Source: a virus
Taxonomy: Duplodnaviria; Caudoviricetes
IMG/VR virus record: IMGVR_UViG_3300029319_000153
Coordinates: 1-38,817 of that record
Direction: 5' to 3' (one strand)
DNA: 38,817 nucleotides
The notes under the pieces: generated by a model
Seen by the model: only the letters and a program-made list of their open reading frames with translations
Told to the model about the DNA's origin: nothing
The model's database searches: none
Translations under genes and position numbers: made by a program
Part shown: positions 1 to 11,600 of the stretch, in pieces
Layout: each line of letters begins with the position of its first letter
Numbering within the stretch: position 1 is the first letter of the stretch

Positions 1-101
1 GCTGATGTAGATGAAGTGCCAGTAGTAGTCCCAGCACTGTCAGTAATCTTAGCTGTTATAGTTCCTGAGCCACTTTCTCGTCTAACAAAAGCAACAAGCG
101 T
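1..101. repeat. Terminal direct repeat, left copy (circular assembly overlap)
   Basis: Identical to 38717-38817 except position 99 (C) versus 38815 (T). An ORF continues in frame across the junction. Confidence 0.95.
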
Positions 102-638
102 TACTTCTCTGCTTCTAAGAACTGCATCAGTTCCTCCGTATTCTTGAGAAACTGTTCCACTATTTGCTGTAACTGTAGCTTTTAAACTGTAACTACCACT
201 ACGCACCGTAGTCGTTTCTACAGCTGTTGTTACATTGCTAGCAGTCCATTCAGATACACCACCGTTTTCAAAAGTACCATTCCTCAAAAGAACATTAACT
301 TCATCTTCTTTGTAACCTAACACCAATTCCCCTTTAAACATGCCTAATACTCCCTCAGAGTACGCATAACGGCTTAAAGCAGCGTTAGCACTACTTGCGT
401 CATCAAAACGTTCTAATAGCGCTTGTCCAAAGCCTCTGTGAAAAGAATCCTGGTCTAACACAAGACCTAAGTCAGGCGATTGTTGTTGATAGTTTGCAGC
501 ATCTGTAGCTTGATTAGGTGGTGCAGGGGAGATGTGTTCTACTGCATATCCACCGCTTTCAGTCCCTCGGTCCAAAGTTAATTGTACTTCATTTGATGAG
601 CCGTCTGTTTTTGTTAGCTTTACATCGTAGTTAGGCAT
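1..638 (-). CDS. 5' part of an 821-aa tail nozzle-like virion protein that wraps the origin (continues 38716 to 36889)
   Basis: ATG at 638 overlaps the upstream stop (TAATG). Reads MPNYDVKLTKTDGSSNEVQL... without a stop. 638+1828=2466 nt, 822 codons. Not in the ORF track because of the break. Confidence 0.85.
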   Translation of the reverse strand, partial: MPNYDVKLTKTDGSSNEVQLTLDRGTESGGYAVEHISPAPPNQATDAANYQQQSPDLGLVLDQDSFHRGFGQALLERFDDASSANAALSRYAYSEGVLGMFKGELVLGYKEDEVNVLLRNGTFENGGVSEWTASNVTTAVETTTVRSGSYSLKATVTANSGTVSQEYGGTDAVLRSREVTLVAFVRRESGSGTITAKITDSAGTTTGTSSTS

Positions 639-1981
639 TACACAACTCCATAGCTACTGATGTTGCCAGCAGGTAACAAATTCTTTTTCAAAGAAGGTGC
701 TACCATTTCACCCCTGCCGTTCTGTGTCTTGTTTCTATAATGTGTGATTTGTCTTAATATTGCGTTTTGATCTTCTGCTGATGTTTGATCTAACTCACCT
801 TCAAAGAATGTAAGTGCTGCATAATCCAGCAAAAGGTTAACACGATGTGGTTCAAGGGTAATTGTATCTGCACCAGATGTTAATGTTTCTAATGCTCCAC
901 AACCAACAATATGTAAGTTGTAATGAGATGGTGGTGCAGTTAAAAACGCAAGATAATCTCCTTCTTCTGTCCAATCAAATACAACTGATTCATATCCTTT
1001 AGGTATTTCACTAGGGCCAGAAGTTAGGATAGCTTCGTCTGCATAAACAGTGTAAATCGATCCGTTGCTTGCGAAACTTAGGCCCACTTTTATTGTGCTT
1101 CCAACGTTTGAAGATGTAGTAGATACTGTCAATCGTTGCCAACCACCTCCAGAATGGGCTGTACCTGTTACTACACTGTCTGAATCTATTTGCACCATTG
1201 GTGATACAAGGTCTGCGTATTTTGAATATACCCATATTGAAAAGTTTAACTCCTCTGATTCATAGTTTGTAGGATCAGTTACTGACAAAGTAAATGTTCC
1301 AGTACTGCTTGCAGCACAAGTTAGCTTAGCAGACCTCTGACCTCTGTAAACCATAAAGTTATTAGGAGATGTAGTGTCTGCCTCTACTGCTGCTGTTATA
1401 TTAGCTGAATCTGTCCAGTTTGTTAATGCACTAGAACTGGCTTCCATGTCGCAATTTTGATCATTAATAATATTTTCTGCAAATGTTTTACTTTCTATTT
1501 TAGGCACAATGTATACCTGGCGTATGTAACCAGGCTCTATAGAGCTTGGCCTTTCGTACCTAGCTTGACCAGGAGCAACTGTGTGCGTCCTGTCATCAAT
1601 TCTTTTAAACAAAGCTGGAAACGCTTGATTAGCTGCATCATTTATAGAATCTCTTAGCTGGTCAGGGTCATACCTGTATATTTCAAAAGTAGCCTGTGTG
1701 CTACTATCTGATGTCAAAGCAGTGCCAGTAACAGTAATTGTGCCACTGCTAGCAACATAATCTGAAATAAGTCTTACTTCGTTTAAATTATTACCACTTG
1801 TGATTTTAATAAAAGAGTCGTTTAATACATCATCATCTGTAAAACCTAAATCTGTAAGCTCTGTAGATACTACCGATGTGTTTGCTGCAATAGCAGTTGT
1901 AGTAGTAAATGAACCTATGTATGCACCAACCCTTCTTCCGAGTTTAGGTAATATTGCTGATAGTGTAGTTGTAGTAGCCAT
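638..1981 (-). CDS. Virion neck/head-tail adaptor-like protein with an inserted carbohydrate-binding-like domain (447 aa)
   Basis: Lies between the capsid cluster and the nozzle gene. Helical N and C termini flank a beta-rich insert (NCDMEA..TNW..GQRSAKL..FSIWV..GWQRLTV..YADEAIL) resembling CBM4/9. Confidence 0.55.
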   Translation of the reverse strand: MATTTTLSAILPKLGRRVGAYIGSFTTTTAIAANTSVVSTELTDLGFTDDDVLNDSFIKITSGNNLNEVRLISDYVASSGTITVTGTALTSDSSTQATFEIYRYDPDQLRDSINDAANQAFPALFKRIDDRTHTVAPGQARYERPSSIEPGYIRQVYIVPKIESKTFAENIINDQNCDMEASSSALTNWTDSANITAAVEADTTSPNNFMVYRGQRSAKLTCAASSTGTFTLSVTDPTNYESEELNFSIWVYSKYADLVSPMVQIDSDSVVTGTAHSGGGWQRLTVSTTSSNVGSTIKVGLSFASNGSIYTVYADEAILTSGPSEIPKGYESVVFDWTEEGDYLAFLTAPPSHYNLHIVGCGALETLTSGADTITLEPHRVNLLLDYAALTFFEGELDQTSAEDQNAILRQITHYRNKTQNGRGEMVAPSLKKNLLPAGNISSYGVV

Positions 1982-2445
1982 TAAACTGGAACCTCCGTAG
2001 CTTTTCCTGTTTGAGCATCAACTCTAATTCTAAGAGGTCTTACAAATCCACTCTTTTCAGTTTTCATAAAAAGTATATCAGTTGCAACAATTTCGCCTGT
2101 AGCAGGGTCAGTAATTTGAAAAGTATTAAGCACAGGCATTCTGCCAGCCATTTTTTGCATAGCCATTTGCTTCTTGTGTTCTTCTACCGTAGAACCAGAT
2201 GTAGTTTCTCTTTGTTTTCTTACAGCTTCATAAGCTTTCTCACCAGCTTTAGTGTCGTCAGAATGTTTGGTAGCTAAGTCACCTGCAATCTGAGCATGCG
2301 ATTCTTTATCACCATACCCAATCTTGCCTTCAGGTATAACCATTTTTAGCCTTCTGCCATTCTTTTCAACAACATGTTCTGATACAGAAATCTCTGGTTC
2401 TTCTTTAAATATGTTATTTTTGTTGGCTTTAGTATATTTACCCAT
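1981..2445 (-). CDS. Hypothetical protein, late operon (154 aa)
   Basis: Tightly packed ORF; its stop overlaps the next start (TAATG). Confidence 0.8.
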   Translation of the reverse strand: MGKYTKANKNNIFKEEPEISVSEHVVEKNGRRLKMVIPEGKIGYGDKESHAQIAGDLATKHSDDTKAGEKAYEAVRKQRETTSGSTVEEHKKQMAMQKMAGRMPVLNTFQITDPATGEIVATDILFMKTEKSGFVRPLRIRVDAQTGKATEVPV

Positions 2446-2451
2446 AGCCTA

Positions 2452-2757
2452 TTACGTTCCTGATTTAATTGTCACGCAATGGTTTCCTGAGTTTTTTACA
2501 CCATAAGCTACGTTTATAACTGCATCTGTGCTTGTTGCTTCAACCATTTTAATCATGTCTAAAGTATCTCTACCTTCTATTTCCATAATTTCTGTAGCAG
2601 CAACCAACACGCCTACAGCAGTAGCTGGGTCAGTTCCATCTATTCTAAATCTTATACTAGCCGTTTCAACCTTTATGGTTGCAAAGTTAACGTCAGAAGG
2701 GACTGTTAAAGACCTAACTGTAGCGTCAACTGTTAATTTTTGATGTCCAAATGCCAT
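2452..2757 (-). CDS. Small beta-rich putative virion protein (101 aa)
   Basis: AAGGAG RBS upstream; Thr/Val/Ala-rich; lies in the structural cluster. Confidence 0.7.
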   Translation of the reverse strand: MAFGHQKLTVDATVRSLTVPSDVNFATIKVETASIRFRIDGTDPATAVGVLVAATEIMEIEGRDTLDMIKMVEATSTDAVINVAYGVKNSGNHCVTIKSGT

Positions 2758-2770
2758 CTTATCTCCTTTA

Positions 2771-2833
2771 TGATAAGGCGAGGGGGATTCTAACTAAATA
2801 GTCCTATTGTTATGTTAAGACCTCGCCTTATCA
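2771..2833 (-). promoter_or_regulatory. Long irregular intergenic hairpin (processing site or terminator-like)
   Basis: Perfect 13-bp arms TGATAAGGCGAGG (2771-2783) and CCTCGCCTTATCA (2821-2833), with an imperfect inner stem. Ends 2 nt before the next RBS. Confidence 0.6.
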
Positions 2834-2845
2834 ATTATTCAGTTT

Positions 2846-3229
2846 TTACGCATCAGATGCGGCTACGCCGATCCAACCATTATCAACTCCTGTCCATGTA
2901 AGGATAGCAGTTTCATTTTGTGTTGGAGTACAGATAGTACCAGTAGTTGATGAACCGTTCCATCCTCTAATAGTAATAACTTCTGATCCATCAGCAGTAT
3001 TGCTGATAATAAAGCTTCCGCCTTGTAGGTCTGCATATCTTGCAGTGCCACCAGTTCCAGTTCCTTCAGAGTTAATATCTGTAGTAGCTGTTCTTAGATC
3101 TGGAAGGTCACAGTTTCTACCAGAACCTCCTGGGTCTAAGAATTGGTATTTTGCGCTAGTGGCAGTTAAAGTTTTTGCGCCTGACAAAGTTTCAGCATTT
3201 GATGAATCGTACTTAGTACCTTGACTCAT
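2846..3229 (-). CDS. Putative capsid decoration/head fibre protein (127 aa)
   Basis: GGAG RBS; Gly/Thr/Ser-rich beta-type sequence; downstream of the major capsid gene. Confidence 0.55.
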   Translation of the reverse strand: MSQGTKYDSSNAETLSGAKTLTATSAKYQFLDPGGSGRNCDLPDLRTATTDINSEGTGTGGTARYADLQGGSFIISNTADGSEVITIRGWNGSSTTGTICTPTQNETAILTWTGVDNGWIGVAASDA

Positions 3230-3597
3230 AATAATTCTCCTTTATTTTTTTCAGGTTTTGGTTTCTCCGTTTCCATCTTGGGGAGCTGCTCTTTCTTTTG
3301 CGATCTCTGAGATGCTTCTACCTTTGCAGGGAGCTTCATCAGTCCGCCTTTCTCAAGATACCCAACGATGCTTTCTGGAAACATCCTGGCTTTGGTTTTA
3401 TCTAACCTAACTGTTTTCCCATCAAGAGATTTAGCAGGTAAATATATGTAAGCCATAGTAGGATCATCAGTCCATTCAGGTTCAGGAAGTTCCTCAAGGT
3501 TGTTGTCTTTAAGATATTTCTCAAGGACTATACCCCAGTTATTCTCAAACTTTAATGATTGTACGATGGTTTCCCATCTGCCTAATAAAGTAGTCAT
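3226..3597 (-). CDS. Hypothetical protein (123 aa)
   Basis: ATGA overlaps on both sides. Confidence 0.8.
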   Translation of the reverse strand: MTTLLGRWETIVQSLKFENNWGIVLEKYLKDNNLEELPEPEWTDDPTMAYIYLPAKSLDGKTVRLDKTKARMFPESIVGYLEKGGLMKLPAKVEASQRSQKKEQLPKMETEKPKPEKNKGELL

Positions 3598-3917
3598 TTC
3601 TTTCTACCTCTCCTACCACGTCTTCGTTTCCCAGCTTTAACCTGACTCTGGGGAGCAACCCCCTCGGCCATGCTGGAAGACGGAGAACCAATAATTTCTT
3701 TTTTAGTTTTGACGAATGATGGTATCCATTCGCCAGTGAAGACTATATTTTTACCCTGCAACTTAGATTGCCTTCTTACTTTCTTCAAGTAGTGGTCAAC
3801 CATTTCAAGTTTTACCCTAAAAGGATCTCCGCTAATTGAGTCATAGATAGTTGTATACAAGTGTTCATCATTGTTATCAATAATTTTACTGTAATAATCT
3901 TGTTGCTGAGTTGCCAT
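3594..3917 (-). CDS. Hypothetical protein with Arg/Lys-rich C terminus (107 aa)
   Basis: AGGAG RBS directly after the capsid stop; ends KRRRGRRGRKK. Confidence 0.8.
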   Translation of the reverse strand: MATQQQDYYSKIIDNNDEHLYTTIYDSISGDPFRVKLEMVDHYLKKVRRQSKLQGKNIVFTGEWIPSFVKTKKEIIGSPSSSMAEGVAPQSQVKAGKRRRGRRGRKK

Positions 3918-3925
3918 CTAATCTC

Positions 3926-4825
3926 CTATATTGCGTCTGCTGCTCCAAGCATTTCCACACCCCAAGGGTCAGCAATTTCTGCTTCTCCCCATTCACCAAC
4001 CATTACCATTTCAGTACCTCTTAGTGAAGCATCTCTTTCTTCTTCAGCTTCCATTTCGTGAGCCATAGCTAATGCGATTGCTTGTGGTACAAATACTGCA
4101 CCTTTAACATCACCAGAGCCATCTCTACCTAATACACCTGATTGGTATATTGGAATGCCAAAGATTTTTTCGTTACCTCTAAAGTAGTTTTGTACCACTT
4201 CTGCTGTAATACCTTCTGGAATTGGTTGAGCTGCCATACCAGTAGAACCACCACCTTGGATGCCAGTTGCTTCTTGTACGAATGCTCTTATTTGTTCTGG
4301 GTGGAATACACCGTTAGGTGTTCCTGGCGCCATACCATATGACGAGTTGTTATCTGTTTTTAAGTAAGATACAGCTCCTGCAACGTGGTAGTAAGTAAGG
4401 TAACTACCAGCTGAACCAATTGAGTTTGAGAACCCATCGAATAAGCTGATAAGGTCGTCTTCAAGTAATCTACCTAAAGCTCCACCTTGTACTTCACCAA
4501 CGTGAGAAAGTATATCTTCGTTGTTTTGCCTAGACAGTCTGTCAGAAACAAAAGTCATGATACCGTGTTCAGAAGCAGTAATGCTTGTCACAGTAACAGA
4601 CAATTGTTGAGGAGCAGTAATGTCCACACCCTCAGTTAATGCTGCTGCATCGTTTCTACCCCAGATAGGAATATTAACTTGCTTTGCACCTTGAGGGATA
4701 TCATATCTAGAAACCAACTGGTTTGTAGGACCAGCTGGCTCAATGTTTGAAATAGCCGAAGCTATAACAATGTTTGACATGTCAGATAGACTAGAACTAG
4801 ACGATAATGTCAATCCTGTTGCCAT
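3926..4825 (-). CDS. Major capsid protein (HK97 fold, 299 aa)
   Basis: Size, position after a scaffold-like gene, and typical pattern (VNIPIW..AAALTEG.., VSDRL.., VFHPEQ, IFGIPIYQS, EEERDA..). Confidence 0.85.
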   Translation of the reverse strand: MATGLTLSSSSSLSDMSNIVIASAISNIEPAGPTNQLVSRYDIPQGAKQVNIPIWGRNDAAALTEGVDITAPQQLSVTVTSITASEHGIMTFVSDRLSRQNNEDILSHVGEVQGGALGRLLEDDLISLFDGFSNSIGSAGSYLTYYHVAGAVSYLKTDNNSSYGMAPGTPNGVFHPEQIRAFVQEATGIQGGGSTGMAAQPIPEGITAEVVQNYFRGNEKIFGIPIYQSGVLGRDGSGDVKGAVFVPQAIALAMAHEMEAEEERDASLRGTEMVMVGEWGEAEIADPWGVEMLGAADAI

Positions 4826-4840
4826 TGTATTTTATCCTTT

Positions 4841-5626
4841 TTAAAGTTGTTTTTTTAAGTTTCTGTATTGTGTAGAATCTATCTGCCCGTTAGCAAAAGC
4901 TTTAGAAAGGTCACCTAAACTATTGTAGGCACGCTTCGGTTGAGTCGGCGCACCCTGTGTAGTAGGTGGAACCTTCTGTGTAGCAGGCTCAGACACTACA
5001 GTTTTAGTTGTTCCAGCAATCTTTTTAAGGTTTTGGTTAGCTAGTTTTACAGACTGAGAAAAACTCATATTCTGATTCCAACCTTCCCATACACGACTGT
5101 CACTTCTGACGTCTAAGTTTGTTAAACCTAATGTAGACGCTGTATCTCTTACAACAGAATCTAAGTCTTCAAGATTTTCAGGAGTTAAGCTTGAGCCTTG
5201 GCTCTGAGGGTTATCCATGTTTTCGATTAACCGATCAAGTTTTTCTTCTTTTGCTTTTTTTTCTCTCTCTGCAATCTTTTGGTTCAATACATCTTTTTGA
5301 TCTTCATCCAATATAGATGAGAAATCATTCATGAATTCTTGTATTTGAGCCTTAGCTCCATCCTGAATTTCCTGAACCTTTTGATTTGTGTACTGCTGAG
5401 CTCGTCCTTGTGCATTATCAAATGCAGTCTTACGTTCTTCCAGCACTCTATCTAAATCCTGCTGTGTTAAGTAATTAGGTTGTTCAGCCTGATCTGCCGT
5501 AGCTTCTACGTTCTTTGCCGCTTCTGCAACTGGATCAACCTTTTCCTCTACTGCTGTTTCTTCAACAGCTTCTTCAGAAACCGTAGTTTCTTCAGTTTGT
5601 TCAATATTATCTTTTTCTGTGGTCAT
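4841..5626 (-). CDS. Capsid scaffolding protein (261 aa)
   Basis: Acidic N terminus, coiled-coil core, Pro/Thr linker and short C-terminal helical domain; immediately upstream of the capsid gene; GGAGG RBS. Confidence 0.75.
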   Translation of the reverse strand: MTTEKDNIEQTEETTVSEEAVEETAVEEKVDPVAEAAKNVEATADQAEQPNYLTQQDLDRVLEERKTAFDNAQGRAQQYTNQKVQEIQDGAKAQIQEFMNDFSSILDEDQKDVLNQKIAEREKKAKEEKLDRLIENMDNPQSQGSSLTPENLEDLDSVVRDTASTLGLTNLDVRSDSRVWEGWNQNMSFSQSVKLANQNLKKIAGTTKTVVSEPATQKVPPTTQGAPTQPKRAYNSLGDLSKAFANGQIDSTQYRNLKKQL

Positions 5627-5658
5627 AGCCGTAGCCTCCCAATGATTATCTAATTTTG

Positions 5659-5687
5659 ATTATAATACCCAATTTATTGTCCTGCAA
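5659..5687 (-). promoter_or_regulatory. Sigma70-type promoter for scaffold and capsid genes
   Basis: Minus strand TTGCAG (5687-5682), 17-nt spacer, TATAAT (5664-5659). Confidence 0.7.
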
Positions 5688-8600
5688 CCCTCCATTTAGG
5701 AACATACTCTTCAAAAGGGAATCTAGACTTCAATTCATCTTCTCTTCCAAAGTTAGCAGGATTAGCTAAAGATTCAGCAAAACCCCACCTGTAAAGAAAA
5801 GCATCTAGCTCTGGATTAAACCTTCTAAGCTCTAATCTAAGTCTTTCCCATTCTTTCAAAGCCTGTTTAAAACCTTGGTTGTTTTCTTCAATTAATTGTC
5901 TTTTTCTATCGTCATATTTAGATAAATACCATTCACGGTATATATCATCAAACTGACCTTGGTATCTTGTTTGGAATATTTCTTTCCTAGTATCTTCCCA
6001 ATACTGAGGAAAGTATTCATCTCTTCTTCTGTAAAATTCTTGGTTAAATCCTGTTGAATCCCATCTTCCTCCATATAGCTTGTCTTTGGCGTATGATTCA
6101 TATTCAGAGCTGCCCCATCTTTGCCTCCACCCTTCTAGCTCTGTTTCTCTGCCTTCAAAGTCAAACATGTAACCTAAGTCCCATTTATCATCAAACATTA
6201 TTTCAGCGTATTCGTCAGCAGCAAAATCTTCTACTCTTTCAAAATCCCCTAAACTACCTTTTATTGCCATTAGGTATGCTTCAACATCTGGATACTTTTC
6301 TGATATATTTTGAACATCATATCTGTATTGAGTTCTAGCTTTTTGTTCTCGTAATATATATTGCTCTAAACTAATTTCGTAACCTCTAAGAGAAGATTCA
6401 GCAGCTTGCACAGCATGGTTGTATAAAGCCCTTGCATCATCAACTTCATTAGCTTTAAGTTCAAAGTTTCTATCTAAACTAGAACCTCCAACAATTCTTC
6501 TCTTTTCAAATATTTCTGATTCAAGCTCTCTTAATCTTTGAACATTAGGATCAGCTTCTACATCATTAGATTCAGTTATTAATCTTTTCTGAAGATCATT
6601 TAAACTTCTCCAATTAGTTTTGTAGTATTGCTGAGCCAACATATCTCTAACTTCTTTTCTTTTTTCATAGTCACTAATTGGGTTGGTTCTTAGTCCTATA
6701 AACTCAGTACCACCACCTAGCACTCCGTTCTCAAACAAAGAGTCTAACCAGAATGGAGTAGCACTTGATCCTAATTCCTGGAACCAGTCACCTCTAAATG
6801 GTTTTAATTCTTCTCCTAAAAAGTTAGCACCCATTCCTAAGTCCCACATACTAGAACCAGCTGGTGAGGTTCTTGATCGCAACCAGTATAATATCTGGTT
6901 ATTTTGTAAATAGTCTTTAATGCCTGTTTCATCAAATCCAGCCCTGCCTCTGCCAGACCCTGTAAGCAATAAAGGAGAGTCAAGTATATCGCCTCTAAAT
7001 GCAGGATCATTAGCTATTTTACCGACCAATCTTGCCATAGATGTCCAAGCTGAACCAAACCCAACATTTACGTTTCCAATTTGTGTTGTTAAAAACTTAC
7101 CACTTGTTGGGTCAAGGTTTATATGTTGGTCTATGTCCTCACCTCTTACCTTAGCATTTAATGCAGCAAACCCAAGATGAGTTGCTATTCCAGCTCCCAT
7201 CATAGATTGTAATGCTCTCCTTGCTTCTTGGCCTTGTAAGTCACCTTTTACAACAGAACCTATTAATCCTAATGTAGCTCTTGTATATGAAGGAGAAAAG
7301 AATATTACAGACCTTTCTATGTTAGATTGTCTAGCGCTTATTCCTGCTCGTCTGCTTGAAAATGCTCCTGTCATTCCGTTTATGTATTCAGCTAGCTGAG
7401 TTAATTGCTGTTCCATTACATCATCTGCAACACCACTTCTTAGTATTTGTTGATAATGTGCATCCCATAACCCTTCTCTTATCATATCTCCGTATGCTTC
7501 AAAGCTGGCTTGAAACCCATCTAATACATCTGCACCCTTGTCTATTGCAGCTCTTGATTGTTTAAATCCAGGAACAGAGTCTTTAGCTTGCAAGTTATTA
7601 ACTCTACCTTCTGAAAGTAATTTATTAAACACAGTCCTGTTGTTTGCTGCCCTAAAGTAATCGTTACCAGCATTACTCATCAAGACTCCATAGTTTGCCA
7701 TCAAAGCAAAGTTCTTTCTTTTTTTATTAATTAACTCGGCATGCAATCTTGGAGCATCACCATCTTTTACACCTCTCCATATCAACTGCCCCATTGTTTT
7801 AGTTCCATTAACCCAAGAACCTAAATACGCCTTTTTTAGTTTCATATCTGTTGTGCCAAGACCTCTTAAAAGAGTCGGTAATCCATGTAAAAATGCTGTA
7901 CCTGCGTCAAAACCTGTTTGAACTAATCTAAAGTAGTCGTTTACAGTTGCTGTCTTAGAAGCTGCAATATCAAAAGGGTTTTCTTTATTTATGTTTAAAA
8001 ACTTCTCAATGTTACTAGCTGTTTTATCATCAAAAAACAAGTTTCTTTTAGCCAAAGCTTTTACTTCGTTTTGTATTTGACCTCTTTGGTCTGTTACCAT
8101 TCTAAGCTGTACAGCTTCTTCTCCATACAAACCTGAAAGCTTTTTCTGGGTTTTGTTTAGTTTTATATCTTTGCCACCCATCTTTGCTATTTTGTTTTTG
8201 TAGTAAAGAACATCTTTATCAAAATCTCGTTCTAATTCGTCTAAATAATCTTTAATTATTCGTTGAACATCTCCCTGAACTTTATCATCAGGGTTCTTTA
8301 ACATTTCTTTTATTTTGTTATATTCTTTGTTCCAGTTTTTAGCGTCTGAAGGAATAAGGTTTGCTTGGTTTTCTCTCAAAGCCCTGTCTAAGTCATCAAC
8401 TATGTCATTGCCAAGATTCCCTCCAACACTAACAAAGTTTTGAATTTTTTGTATTTCATCAGCTTTTTTACGGAACTCTTTTACTTTGTCACCCCACTGT
8501 TGAAGTCTTGTTACATCAAATTTAGCTGCTTTTAATTGTTGATGAGAAATGTTTTCTAATCTTCTTACTACTTGTTCATCTGCAATTTCTTTATAAACAG

Positions 8601-11600
8601 AATTTAAAAATTCTTCTGCCATTTGAGCTGGGTCTTGGTTGTACACTAAACTTCTTTCATCTATACCATCTATTACGCTGTCAAAAAACCTATTTCTGCT
8701 AATTGTTGTTGGTTTAAGTGCACCATTAGAAAGCCTTGACCAGTCTTGCCTATCAATTAAATCTTGATACTCAGCCAAGTTTTCAACGATGTGATGGACA
8801 TAATTTCCTGTAGTGTTTACAAATAAGTTATTAGGGGGTATTCCTTTTCTTGATAATAAATGAGCCCCTTCATCAAACAAAGTGTAGTAATTTTTAAGAT
8901 AGTTAACCATGTCAGGTGGCAAATTAAAATACTGTTCGTACAACCTAATTGGTTTACCAAAAGGCCCGTTGTAATCTACTACGTATCCAGCCATATCTAA
9001 AAAGTCAGCAACGTTCATTGTAATGTTATCTGCATCTCTTGGAAGATCAGGGTATTTTTTTGCAAACAGATTTAAAACATCATTAGGTATAGCATTCATA
9101 GCTTTTAGGTTAGCCCATTTAAATTTATCTTTATCTGGCCCGTCAGCTAAAAAGTTATCTCCAAAGTGATGAATTTGTTTTACACCATCATCGTTTGCCC
9201 AAGAAAACGCATCTGCCTTTTTACCAGGATTATGCAATACACTGTCTATGTTTTCGTAAGCAGCATCCAAATCTCTTTTTATGTTTCTTGCTATAGCATT
9301 AAGAGCAGATCCGCTGTCTTCAGTTACATCAATAACACTATCAAGACCTTTGAGTCTTCTTTTTGATGGCGTAGTTATTATTAATTTATTGTTATCTATA
9401 CCTCTCCTTAAAGCGTTTATCATGCTCATTGCTGATGTATAACTTTGAATTGGAGCTCTTGCTTTTCCACCAATAGATACTGCTCCAGGATTAACTCCTC
9501 TTTGTGGAGGAAAGATTTGATCTCTGATTTGATCTAGGTTAGCAAACTGATCTATATCCACTTCCTCTATATTTTTAACTAATTTTCTTGCATCACCATA
9601 AGCATCAATAAGTTCTTGTGCTTGTTGAGGACTAAAACCACCTTCTACCAAGCCTTCACGCTGAACCACAGTATTTGCCCAATTCATAAAAGCTTGTTTA
9701 TCAACAATGCTTTCTTCTCGTGGATTAAAACCTATTCTCATGCCCTGTTCTATTTCATCCATAGTGCCTAGGAAAAATTCTTCTGCTGCTTCTGCTGCTT
9801 TAGGATTTCTAAAATGCTGCCATTCGTGTTCTAATACAAAATTTTCATAATCTTCATAAGTAGGAAAAAGTTCTTTACTTGGTCTTACTCTTTCCCATAT
9901 TTTGTCACCTTCTTGTATAGCAGCATCAAATTGTCCAGGAACAGGTTGTCTTTGTTTTCCTGTTACAGGATCTATTGGTGTCTTTACAATTCCATCTGGT
10001 GCTCCTGCTGCTGTTTCTTTTAAACCTCTATCGTAATCTCTTCTTATTGCAGCTCTGTTTATTGTAATTTTATAAGGAACGTTGGCTTTTGCGCTTAAAG
10101 GAGCTGATCCTTCTACATATTTACCAGTATTCCTTTCTGCCGCAGTAATAATAATTTTTTCTGCTTTATCAGGCGTTACTGTTATTGGTGTCTGTTCTCG
10201 GTAACTTGCCATAGAGCCTTTTGGTTCTAAACGAGCTAACCTAGGGTTATCAACCACTGGTATACCTTTATATAATTTTTGCTTAGAAGGAGTTTTAGCA
10301 AAGTCTGCAAATCTAGCTCCATTGTCAGTTAGCTTTGTAACATCATAGTTTTTAACAGCATCAAATAAATTTTGTTGCAAAAAAGGATCTTGATCATATC
10401 TATCAAAAACATTTTCTACTAGCTCAGCATATGCCTGATTGACGTTTGCTTTGTTTTTGTTAATTGAATCAATTGCTTCATTAAATTCTCTAGGCCTTCT
10501 GCCTACTGCTTTTCCTCTTGCTTTTTTTAATTCATTAAATAGTTCTTCAGACTTTCTTAATTGTTCTGCTGCTGTTTCTAGTTTTGACAAATCTTTTTTT
10601 ACTAATTGTTTTAAAGTTTTTGGGTAATCTGGATCATTTTTAGAAATATATCTTATTCCTCCTTTTATTGTTCCACCTTTTTTCATATGACCCATGCTCA
10701 TATAATAATTTTGAGCACGTTTAATTTGTTCATTAGATGGCGCAAAATCAATTGCATAAGTATCTACATAGAAAGCATCACCTTCATTGTATTTAACATA
10801 ATGCCCTTTGCCTGGCTGTAAAGCAGTTTCTACAGTTGAATCTATTCTGCTAGTTGCTTCCCAAGCACTCATGTTATCTGCGCTAGCATTTAGTTTTGCA
10901 GTTAATGCTTCTATTCCTTCATCTGTAAGTCCTGATTGTTCTCCTATTTCTTGCGCAGTCTTTTTTATACTGCCTCTAGTGCTAGCACCTAATCTCCCCA
11001 TTGCACGAAAACCACCATTTACTTCACCTATAGACCATTCGCCAGTAAGTTCGTCTAAGAAAAAAGCAATTTCTCCTTCAAGAATCCTTTCATCTCCGTA
11101 AGCAAAATAAGACTCCATGGCTTTGTTTCTTTTTGCAATTACTTTTTCTTTTCTTATAGGAACTGTTAAAGCTGTGTATTTTTCTAAAACATCAAGACCA
11201 TCTTTTTTAACAGTCCTTTCTACATCTCCTATTGTTATGCCATTTTTTTTAGCTATATCTTCAAAAGATTGGCCAGGTGCTCTAAGTTTTGCTATAGCTC
11301 TAGTAACCCAACCTGCTCCACCTATTGCATCTGCATGAAATGCTAATTCAGCCCTGCCTTCTAGTGTTGCACCGAGAGTATATGCAGGATTCCACAGCTT
11401 GTGTATGTTTTTAACACCCATTAAAAAATGTCTGCCAGGATTTAATTTACTTAATCTTTTTGCTTCATCGCTATTGGCATATCTTAAGAAATCACCAATT
11501 AGTCCTTCTCTATTGACACCTGCTCTTTCTATAGCACTGTCATAATTTGAAGGATCCATTACTTGAGTGTTAACTTTTGTGTCTAACCTAACATTGTCAA

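Noticed and set aside
1-101. Biological direct terminal repeat of the virion DNA
   Set aside because: It falls mid-gene with the frame preserved, as expected for an assembly overlap.
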